Of a DNA stretch of 32,000 bases, positions 12,503 through 20,527 are shown in pieces. Origin of the DNA: Candidatus Electrothrix sp. GW3-4. GTDB lineage: Bacteria > Desulfobacterota > Desulfobulbia > Desulfobulbales > Desulfobulbaceae. The position numbers and the translations under genes are program-made. Within the stretch, counting starts at the first letter, position 1. The number at the start of each line of letters is the position of its first letter. The notes under the pieces were generated by a model, which was not told where the DNA came from, did not search any database, and saw only the letters and a list, made by a program, of their open reading frames with translations. The stretch lies in NCBI RefSeq assembly GCF_037902255.1, contig NZ_CP147990.1, positions 2,850,001 through 2,882,000 on the forward strand, given 5' to 3'.

Positions 12503-15500
12503 TTAAATAGCTGTCCAAGAATAGGGGTCCATTATAGTATCTCTATCCCAGTTCTTTTCTTTTGCAGGCCCAAAAGTTGCGATTGGATCTCGCATATCCA
12601 TATCACCAACAGTTTGTATCGCTTCTACAATTGCAAGCTGTATATTAGCCAGTTGAGCATTCATCGGAGAATTTTCAGCCCCATCCATTTTATTTCCTTT
12701 GCAGCTTACATAGCAATGCATATATAAATCATTATACCCATTCCCAAAAACTTCCCCCACAGCTTTAATCATGGCAACATTTTCACCAGTCAAATCGACT
12801 CCATTAACCGGATCACTCCCAACATAAGCATACAGATTCATCCCCCCACTTAATCCAATAGGATCAGCAGCAATATACCGCCCGGTTTCAGGATCATAAT
12901 ACCGATTCCAGTTGTAATGCAGCCCGGTTTCCGCATCGTAGTACTGCCCCGGAAAACGGAGATTGTTTTCAATCTGTGCAACAGATATATTCACGTTGCC
13001 GAAGGGCAGATACTCAGCCTGCCAAACCACTGATCCCGAATCATCGGTAATAATTTGCGGCGCACCGAGGTGGTCGTTGATATAGTAGTAGGCCCCCTCA
13101 GCTGCTTTGTTCTTCAGGAGTAAAAGAAAATATATCGGCTGAAGGAAGGCTGTATCCGAGGGAATTGATGCCGCCGCAACGACAGGAGAAGATGTCGTTT
13201 GTTTCTCCAAAACCGGCTCAGGAACAACCTCCTGCGATGGTTCGGCAGAGGGAGCAGCTGCAAGCGGTGCAGCAGCCGGGGTTTCATACTGAAAATGGGC
13301 GAAGATATCCCCTTCCAGGTAGATGTACTCTTTCAGGATATTGCCGTCACTGTCGGACTCGGCAATGAGTTTGCCGCTCTTGCAGGAGACAAACAGGGTG
13401 TCTTCCCCGTTCACGGTCTTGACCGTACGCAGCCCCCGACCGTCATACTGGTAGGCTCCTGCTGTGACTCCGCCCTTGGTCACCGAGGCCAGCCGTTGGT
13501 CATCGGTGAGGTCGTAGACCGTGGTGTCTATACTATCCGTGGCGATATTGCCCGAGGCATCATAGCCGTAGGATGCTGGCACGGACCCGGTGCTCTGATC
13601 GAGCCGGTTGGTTCCGGTGACGTAGGAATAGCCGGTCACGTCGCTGCTGTCCACAGTACGGCTCAGGCGGTTGCCCGTTCCGTCGTGATCGAAATCAAAG
13701 GCTCCGGCGGGCAGGCTTGCCGTATCCAGCTGGCCGAGATCGTCGTAGCTGTAGGCATGATCGGTTCCGATGGGATCAACAATATCCTGCACCAGCCCGT
13801 CCGACCAGTAGGTATAGGTTCGTTCATACAACCCGCCCGCTGTGATGCCGGAAAGCCGATACAGGCTGTCAAAACTACGGGACAGAGTCAAGCCGTTGCC
13901 CGCGACCAGGCTCTTGACAGGCCCGAAGGGTTCACTGCTCATGTTATCAGCCAGGAAGCCATTCTTCCCATCATACAGGGATGCTATAGAAGAAAGCTGC
14001 CCCGCTGTATTACGATTCCAGGTGATCTTCCGCTGCGAGGGATAAATAATATACTTAACTTCCCCATTGCCGGTATAGCCGTATTCGGTGATAAAGATCT
14101 TCCCGGCAGTAGTCCGGGTTTCCTTGCTCAGCTCGCCGTAGATATTATACAGGTACACCGAACCGCCCGAGGCATCGGTCATGGAGGTCAGGCGGCCTTT
14201 CTGCTCTGTTCCCTCCACGGTTTCATCGTAGCCGTAGCTCACCAAGGTCGTGCCGTTATTGCGTTTGATCTCGGTCAGCCGATTCAGGGCGTCGTATTCA
14301 TAGGTCAGGGTGATGTTGTCCGCATCCTGCCGGGTTTTCAGCAGGTCATTGGGCAGATAGGTGTAAAAGGTCCAGCCGCTGTCCGGGCTGTACCGGCTTG
14401 TCCGACGACCGAAATCATCGTACTCAAACTCGGTCTCCACGCCCCCGCTGTCCGTAACCGAGGTCCGGTTGTCATGCGCATCGTAGCTGAAGATCGTGTT
14501 CGGCACAGCAGAACCGGGATCAGTGATGCCGGTTAATCGGTTCAGCTCGTCATATCCGTAGCCCGTGGTCAGGACTGTGGCCGACCCGGCTTCCCGCATT
14601 ATTTTCCGCTCTGATAGATTACCTGCTGCGTCATAGAGCAGCTCTTCCGCCGGCAGGGTTTCAGTGGTGTCGATATCGTTCCAGGTCTTCCAGTTCCGTC
14701 CTGCGCTGTCCGCAGCATAATGGAGGGCCGCTGTCAGGGTATCCTCGCTATCATAGACCTCTTTGTCCTGAAGATTCCCAGCAGCATCCCAGGTCAGCTT
14801 GCGGTAGTTACCCTGATTATCGGTCACGCTCTTCAGCCTGCCCGAGGGCCAGTATGCATACTCCAGACGACGCTCGTCCGGCAGTTCCACGACCTGTAAC
14901 ACTCCGGCATCGTCGTAGATATAAGAGACCGTTCGATCACCGACAGTCCGGGCGATCAACTGCCCTTGATCATTATAATCCAGCACGGTCTCGGTCAGAT
15001 TGGGATCAATGATCTTTTCCGCCTTGCGCAGGCCGTTGTAGTCCTGATACTCAATAACCTGATCAAGGGTATTCGTCACCTTGTAAAGCATACCCCGGTT
15101 ATTGCCGTAGGCCGCACTGTCCGGGTAATACTCGTAGAGCAGGGTGTCATTCACATCGGTTCGCGGTCCGTCAACCGCCTCCAACCTACCCAAGGAATCG
15201 TAATCATAATCGGTTGTCCGGGTAATCGAGGTTGTTCCGTTGTAGCCCTCTTCTGTTTTCGTGTCCGGATTACCGTTGGCGTCATATGTCCAGGTGGTGA
15301 CGCTCTGCTGCCCCGAATTCGCCACAGAATCGTGGGTCACGGTATGTACCCGGTCGGTGCCGGTATAATAGGCAGTGATCACAGTACGCTCAATTGCACT
15401 GCCCAATGCTTTGGTCACGGCAGTTCGATTGCCTGCATCATCATAACCGTATCCGGTGACATTGCCCCGCCCGTCGGTCAGCTCCTCGGGCTGATTCCGA

Positions 15501-16507
15501 TCAGTATACGTATAACTCCCGCTGTCTCCTGATCCGCCGCAGACGGCACAGCCCGATCCGGTGAAGGAATCGATGCGGGCCACCCCATGCTGCACACCCA
15601 GCTGATAGACAGTGCTGTTACCGAGCGCATCGGTGACGGTCCGCTCCATCCCGTTGTAGACAATGGTGATCCCTTCGCTGCCATTGGCCTGATAGGCGTT
15701 CTCCACCCGGTCGGAGCTGTCATAGACCACGGACATGATCTGCACGCCCTCCTCATCAATAACCGACGTCAGGTTATGGGGATCATTGCTGTCTTCATAC
15801 TTGTATTCACGAAAGGCGGTACTTCCCGGTCGATACACCTTCCACAAGTTACTGCCGCTGTATTGAAAGGTGAAATCGCCGACAGGTGTGGTCAGGGTTT
15901 CCAGATACCCGGAGGCATTATAGGCAAAGGAAAAGGAACGGCCAAAGCTGTCAGACACGGATTGAAGCTGATCGCCACTGTAGGTGAAGGTACGGGTATA
16001 GCCGTTTGGCTCCTGAATTTGGGTCAGCTTGCCCTGGGCGTCATAGGTATGGACAGTACCGTCTTGTTTGGTCAGAGTATAGTCACCGCTGGTCTCCAGG
16101 GTGATGGTCGTCTTTTTGCCCGCCGGACTGCTCCAGACGCCCTCGCTGTCTTTGGTATGCGGAATATGCCGCCCGGTGGACAGTACCCGGCCGATTGAAG
16201 CATCATCACCCGGATCAATCAACAGATGTTCCCCGAACGACCACGACCAGCCATATCCCAATACGGATTCCCCGGTGCTCCGGCTGTTGTACACCCGCCC
16301 AAAGGCCATCGGCCCGGTCGGCCCGGCTATGCTCACGTCGGTCTCTGAATGTACCTTATTGCCGATGGCGAAGTTCACACTGTGAGATGAAATGTATGGT
16401 TGCGTGGATGAGGCGTAAACAGCTTCGGTGCAAAGCAGAAAGAGCAGGAAAAGAAGAGCTGAAGTAAATAAACCGGACTGCAAAAAAAAATGTCGTCGTT
16501 TTATCAT
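12503..16507 (-). CDS. Full-length Rhs/YD-repeat polymorphic toxin with N-terminal signal peptide and 93-aa C-terminal tip (tip approx 12506..12784)
   Basis: 1334 aa. The N-terminus is MIKRRHFFLQSGLFTSALLFLLFLLCTEAVYA/SS. A DUF6531-like segment follows (VNFAIGNKVHSETDVSI...RVYNSRS...GYGWSWSF), then many YD repeats (YxYDxxGNL/R type). The Rhs core end reads YYYINDHLGAPQ...[58 protein letters not shown], followed by a short unrelated tip. Confidence 0.95.
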   Translation of the reverse strand: MIKRRHFFLQSGLFTSALLFLLFLLCTEAVYASSTQPYISSHSVNFAIGNKVHSETDVSIAGPTGPMAFGRVYNSRSTGESVLGYGWSWSFGEHLLIDPGDDASIGRVLSTGRHIPHTKDSEGVWSSPAGKKTTITLETSGDYTLTKQDGTVHTYDAQGKLTQIQEPNGYTRTFTYSGDQLQSVSDSFGRSFSFAYNASGYLETLTTPVGDFTFQYSGSNLWKVYRPGSTAFREYKYEDSNDPHNLTSVIDEEGVQIMSVVYDSSDRVENAYQANGSEGITIVYNGMERTVTDALGNSTVYQLGVQHGVARIDSFTGSGCAVCGGSGDSGSYTYTDRNQPEELTDGRGNVTGYGYDDAGNRTAVTKALGSAIERTVITAYYTGTDRVHTVTHDSVANSGQQSVTTWTYDANGNPDTKTEEGYNGTTSITRTTDYDYDSLGRLEAVDGPRTDVNDTLLYEYYPDSAAYGNNRGMLYKVTNTLDQVIEYQDYNGLRKAEKIIDPNLTETVLDYNDQGQLIARTVGDRTVSYIYDDAGVLQVVELPDERRLEYAYWPSGRLKSVTDNQGNYRKLTWDAAGNLQDKEVYDSEDTLTAALHYAADSAGRNWKTWNDIDTTETLPAEELLYDAAGNLSERKIMREAGSATVLTTGYGYDELNRLTGITDPGSAVPNTIFSYDAHDNRTSVTDSGGVETEFEYDDFGRRTSRYSPDSGWTFYTYLPNDLLKTRQDADNITLTYEYDALNRLTEIKRNNGTTLVSYGYDETVEGTEQKGRLTSMTDASGGSVYLYNIYGELSKETRTTAGKIFITEYGYTGNGEVKYIIYPSQRKITWNRNTAGQLSSIASLYDGKNGFLADNMSSEPFGPVKSLVAGNGLTLSRSFDSLYRLSGITAGGLYERTYTYWSDGLVQDIVDPIGTDHAYSYDDLGQLDTASLPAGAFDFDHDGTGNRLSRTVDSSDVTGYSYVTGTNRLDQSTGSVPASYGYDASGNIATDSIDTTVYDLTDDQRLASVTKGGVTAGAYQYDGRGLRTVKTVNGEDTLFVSCKSGKLIAESDSDGNILKEYIYLEGDIFAHFQYETPAAAPLAAAPSAEPSQEVVPEPVLEKQTTSSPVVAAASIPSDTAFLQPIYFLLLLKNKAAEGAYYYINDHLGAPQIITDDSGSVVWQAEYLPFGNVNISVAQIENNLRFPGQYYDAETGLHYNWNRYYDPETGRYIAADPIGLSGGMNLYAYVGSDPVNGVDLTGENVAMIKAVGEVFGNGYNDLYMHCYVSCKGNKMDGAENSPMNAQLANIQLAIVEAIQTVGDMDMRDPIATFGPAKEKNWDRDTIMDPYSWTAI

Positions 16508-16564
16508 GATGATACCGAACGGATGGATTTTGTTCAGCGAAAGAAAAGGAAAAACGAGCGCGAA

Positions 16565-17023
16565 TTATTCTTCGCAGGGAAGACCGAGGTTGTTTGCGTC
16601 AATAAGCGGCACTGGGCAGGGAGATGTGTCTCCCTCGGAACGCTGTTCGCCGTTACAGTAAAGATGGGCTGTATAATAAGAACCATCTGTTTCATAAGAA
16701 AATAGCCCCCCTGTCATAACTCGACAGTAGCCTGTTACTTCTGTCGAGATCAGGATAATGACTCGCACCTTATCATCAATATACGTGCCATTTATTGTGG
16801 ACTGTTCACATGCATGGTCCAGGGCATCAAATGCTCCATATGTATATTCACCATAGTATGGAGTTGGAGGATCATCTTCGTTGTAAAGCGAGTAAAAATC
16901 TGAGGTATCGCCGTCGACTTTCCAATAGAGTTCTCCCTGCGGCTCAGCCGATAAGGAAGAAACAGGAAAAGCAAGCAACATAACCAGAGCAGATGCGGTC
17001 AGGGCGAGTTTTAAGGCATGCAT
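16565..17023 (-). CDS. Small secreted protein of unknown function, immediately upstream of rhs and probably co-transcribed with it
   Basis: 152 aa with signal peptide MHALKLALTASALVMLLAFPVSSLSA/EPQ and several Cys. There is a 57-bp gap to the rhs start on the same strand. Confidence 0.7.
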   Translation of the reverse strand: MHALKLALTASALVMLLAFPVSSLSAEPQGELYWKVDGDTSDFYSLYNEDDPPTPYYGEYTYGAFDALDHACEQSTINGTYIDDKVRVIILISTEVTGYCRVMTGGLFSYETDGSYYTAHLYCNGEQRSEGDTSPCPVPLIDANNLGLPCEE

Positions 17024-17326
17024 GATTAACGATAGGGAAATGTGTTGTTATCTTGGTTTCATCTTCCACATAGAGATATCGGAAAATTTAGCCTACCCTA
17101 TCTGCCGAAAAGGCACAATAGGTATATCTACCCATTTTTTCATAGGTATATACACCTACACATCGACCTAATTTGATCACCGAGGCGAATAAAAAACATG
17201 ACAATCTTTTCATCTTCCCTCCCCCTATCCCGTCATCTTCCCCAGCTACACTGAAAACAGAAGGAAGAACGGAGAACGAATAAGACGCATCACAACAGAT
17301 CCATCGCCCCCCCCAAGGAGGGAACC

Positions 17327-18631
17327 ATGAAAACAACAGATTCCTCTTCACGAAAAAAAACCATCGCGACCATCCTGCTGATCCTTTGCAGCCTTGGAGG
17401 CGTGCCTACCTTGCTCCCGTTCGGTCCGGCAAGCAGCGCAGCAGCAGGGACCGGCACCGGCGCCCTACCAGCCGTCTACATGCTCCTCCTCAATAAAACA
17501 ATAGAGGAAACACCCCTCACCTACCCCATCGTTGACACCGGCGTGACCGACTTCTATAGCAACAACGCCATCATCTCAGCACCAGCCGAGGGCGAAATCT
17601 TCTACGGTCAGGATGGGCACTACAACGGCAATCAGCCTACCTACACCGATAATGGCGACGGCACAGTGAGCGATAAGGTGACCGGTCTGATGTGGCAACA
17701 GGATATGGGCGAACAGCTGACCTGGTCAGAGGCCAATGCCCTGGCTGACAACTCGGAGCTGGCTGGTTATACCGACTGGCGGCTCCCCACCATCAAGGAG
17801 CTCTACTCCCTGATCCTCTTTACCGGCGCCAATGGAGATGGCGTAAATGAAGAGACCTATACCCTCTACCTGGATAACGAATACTTTCTCCAGCCCTTTG
17901 GCGATACCAGCAACGGCCAGCGCCTGATTGATGCCCAGACCTGGTCTGGAACCGAATATGTCGGCACCACCATGAACGGCGATGCCACGGTGTTTGGGGT
18001 GAATTTTATCGACGGCAGGATCAAGGGATATCCCAAGTACGAACCAGGAACCCAGCAGGAACGAAAGGCCTATTTTCGCCTGGTCAGGGGCAATACCGAG
18101 TATGGGAAGAACAGCTTTATTGATAATGGAGACGGGACCATCTCCGATCTGGCAACCGGTCTGATGTGGCAGCAGGCGGATGAGGGGCTTGCCCTGGATT
18201 GGCAGGATGCCCTGGCATATGCGGAGGATCTGGAGGTCGCTGGCTATACAGATTGGCGCCTGCCCAATGCCAAGGAGCTACAGAGCATTGTTGACTATAC
18301 CCGCTCGCCCCAGACCACGGCGTCACCAGCCATTGATCCGCTCTTTTCCACCACCGAGATCAGCGACCCTGACGGTAATTCGCAGTATCCCTATTTCTGG
18401 ACAGGGACCAACCATCAGGACGGGATCAATCACTATGACAGCGCGGTCTACATTGCCTTTGGCGAGGCCCAGGGGATGATGAACGGGATACTCCTGGATG
18501 TGCATGGGGCAGGGGCCCAACGCAGTGACCCGAAAACAGGGGACCCTAACAACTACCCGCAATACTTCGGGCCCCAGGGGGATCTGCGTTATGTCTTCAA
18601 CTATGTCCGTTGCGTGCGCAGCATAGAGTAA
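17327..18631 (+). CDS. Secreted DUF1566 / Lcl C-terminal-domain protein (two domain copies)
   Basis: AAGGAGG lies 6 nt upstream of the ATG, and the N-terminus is signal-peptide-like. The signature occurs twice: TGLMWQQD...LAGYTDWRLPTIKELYSL and TGLMWQQA...VAGYTDWRLPNAKELQSI. Confidence 0.85.
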   Translation: MKTTDSSSRKKTIATILLILCSLGGVPTLLPFGPASSAAAGTGTGALPAVYMLLLNKTIEETPLTYPIVDTGVTDFYSNNAIISAPAEGEIFYGQDGHYNGNQPTYTDNGDGTVSDKVTGLMWQQDMGEQLTWSEANALADNSELAGYTDWRLPTIKELYSLILFTGANGDGVNEETYTLYLDNEYFLQPFGDTSNGQRLIDAQTWSGTEYVGTTMNGDATVFGVNFIDGRIKGYPKYEPGTQQERKAYFRLVRGNTEYGKNSFIDNGDGTISDLATGLMWQQADEGLALDWQDALAYAEDLEVAGYTDWRLPNAKELQSIVDYTRSPQTTASPAIDPLFSTTEISDPDGNSQYPYFWTGTNHQDGINHYDSAVYIAFGEAQGMMNGILLDVHGAGAQRSDPKTGDPNNYPQYFGPQGDLRYVFNYVRCVRSIE

Positions 18632-18661
18632 CGAGGACCGAGGAACCGACGCGAAAAGGCT

Positions 18662-20527
18662 CTACTCGAAAGTCTTTTGCACCGCCTTCTGGAGCTGGGT
18701 GGCCGTATAGTAGTCACTCTTATAGACCTGCTTACCCTCTCCATCCAGGACAACCAGGAGGGGAATGGTCAGGCTGCCCACCTCCTTGAGCTTGGCCTTG
18801 CCCTCAGGGTTATTGCCCGTGATATCCACCTTCATAGGCAAGACCCGTTCATCACTGAGAAGGCCGATAATCCTGGGAGTATTCAGGACTCCCTTTTCCA
18901 GCACTTTACAGTTCAGACACCACTCTGCGGTAAAGAGCATCACAACGGTTTTACGTCCTTCCTGGGCCAGCTCAAGGCGCTGCGGTGTATAAGAGATCCA
19001 GTCAATGGGGCCGGTACGGGTCAGACGACATGCTCCAAAAACAGAGGCCAGCATAATAAGCACCCCGATCCCGGCAAAAAAAGATTTCATCTTCCGCTCG
19101 GCTGCAATCTGCCAGGTTCGCCAGGCAGTCCAGCCACCTGCACAAAAGCCAAAAAACATAACTGGCCACCAGTAAAGCTTCCCAGGTGGATCCGCAGGGG
19201 AAGACAGCAAAACCTCCACCCCGATTCCAACAAAATAGGCAGCAGCAGCCAACATGAACAGCCCCATAACCTGTTTCACCAGCACGCTGGCAGGTCCGGT
19301 CTTCGGCATCTTACTGACCAAATGGGGGGAGACAGAGAGGAGAAAATAGGGTAAGGCCATACCAATACCTATGGAGGCAAAGACGGCCAGGGTAGAGCTG
19401 GGTGGCTGGGTGGCGGCCCAGGCAGCGGCCGCTCCCATAAAAGGTGCGGTACAGGGGGTGGAAAGGACAGCAGCCAGGATCCCTAACCCGAATGAGCCCT
19501 TCAAGGTATCCTGCTCTGGATGAATCATATAGACGAAAGACGGTAACTGAAGAGAGAAAAAGTCAAACATCCCCCCGGCCATAATAGCGATAATCAGCCC
19601 TACCGTGATCGTAAAAAGAGGGTACTGAAACAGCTGATTCGTGGCACTGAAACCACTGACCAAGGCGATCAGAGCACCAAGGCCGAGCCAGAACACCAAG
19701 ACCCCCAAGGACATAAACACCCCGAGCAGAATGCACTGCCGCCGATTCTTGGCCGCATAGGACAGGCTGATAATCTTGATAGGAATCAAGGGGAGCACGC
19801 AGGGGGTAAAGTTGAGCAGCATACCACCAAAGGCGGCAATGATCAGCAACAAGACCACCCCGCCAAAGGAAGAGCTATCAACAGAAAAATCCCAACCAAA
19901 CATGCCAAAGGAGATTTCCTCGGAGACCTCTGGGACAAGTCCGGGTTCATAGCCTGCAAAAAGCTCCTGATTGATCTTCTCAACCACAGTATCTGCAGTA
20001 ACAACTGATATGCTTGTCTCAATGTCTCTTTTTTCCGGGAGCAGGCAATACTCTTCTGAACAGGGCTGATACTGCACCTGCAGGCTCAAACCTGCCTGCT
20101 CACCAGCTGGTGTAGTCTCTTCCAAACGGACAGGGAGATAAACAACGGTCTCCCCCTGAAAAGACATCACTTGGTCAGCAAGATACGGCACTTTCAAAGA
20201 GACAGCCGCAGGATAGATGGGTGCTTCAATCTTAAGCCCCTTACCTGCTCCAGTCACTGTGACCTTGGTGGGAAAGAGCTTCAGATCTTCTACCGGGATA
20301 ATCTGCCGTTCATCCGCATTGATATGAAACCCTTTCTTCACCTGCAAGACAACGGCAAGGATAGCCTGATCACCGGGATGAGTCGCAGTAACAGACCAAG
20401 TCGCCCGTACCTCGACGGCTTTTTCCGTCGAGGAGGCCTTGGCTACCGATCTGCAATCCCGACCGGGCATGAACAGGAGTACTAGAGCGAGCAGTAAGGA
20501 GGAGAATATTTTTTTGCTATCCAACAT
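18662..20527 (-). CDS. dsbD: Thiol:disulfide interchange protein, DsbD family
   Basis: The central CcdA-type TM core has FTPCVLPLIP and STPCTAPF, and the C-terminal thioredoxin domain has WCLNCK. The ORF-track start at 20764 adds 79 implausible residues. The ATG at 20527 gives MLDSKKIFSSLLLALVLLFMPG, which is signal-like. Confidence 0.85.
   Translation of the reverse strand: MLDSKKIFSSLLLALVLLFMPGRDCRSVAKASSTEKAVEVRATWSVTATHPGDQAILAVVLQVKKGFHINADERQIIPVEDLKLFPTKVTVTGAGKGLKIEAPIYPAAVSLKVPYLADQVMSFQGETVVYLPVRLEETTPAGEQAGLSLQVQYQPCSEEYCLLPEKRDIETSISVVTADTVVEKINQELFAGYEPGLVPEVSEEISFGMFGWDFSVDSSSFGGVVLLLIIAAFGGMLLNFTPCVLPLIPIKIISLSYAAKNRRQCILLGVFMSLGVLVFWLGLGALIALVSGFSATNQLFQYPLFTITVGLIIAIMAGGMFDFFSLQLPSFVYMIHPEQDTLKGSFGLGILAAVLSTPCTAPFMGAAAAWAATQPPSSTLAVFASIGIGMALPYFLLSVSPHLVSKMPKTGPASVLVKQVMGLFMLAAAAYFVGIGVEVLLSSPADPPGKLYWWPVMFFGFCAGGWTAWRTWQIAAERKMKSFFAGIGVLIMLASVFGACRLTRTGPIDWISYTPQRLELAQEGRKTVVMLFTAEWCLNCKVLEKGVLNTPRIIGLLSDERVLPMKVDITGNNPEGKAKLKEVGSLTIPLLVVLDGEGKQVYKSDYYTATQLQKAVQKTFE

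Noticed and set aside
13199-14536. Long antisense ORFs inside Rhs sequence (13199..14536 +, 3163..4029 +, 14966..15532 +, 15587..16198 +, 8443..8820 +, 10125..10484 +)
   Set aside because: They lie opposite frames that carry unmistakable YD-repeat/Rhs-core motifs. Their translations are low-complexity Gly/Arg/Val-rich strings with no motifs. They recur only because the underlying DNA is repeated. This is typical of open antisense frames in repetitive GC-biased coding DNA.
1-16507. CRISPR array or diversity-generating retroelement as an explanation for the periodic repeats
   Set aside because: The repeat units are 0.4-1.6 kb protein-coding core segments, not 25-40-bp repeats with spacers. There is no reverse transcriptase or cas gene in the window. 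Differences between copies are not adenine-specific; many C/T and G/A changes occur, and they are concentrated in tips rather than in a template/variable repeat pair.
17088-17351. 87-aa minus-strand ORF across the rhs/DUF1566 divergent promoter
   Set aside because: It overlaps the well-supported start and RBS of the DUF1566 gene, has no motifs, and is most likely spurious.
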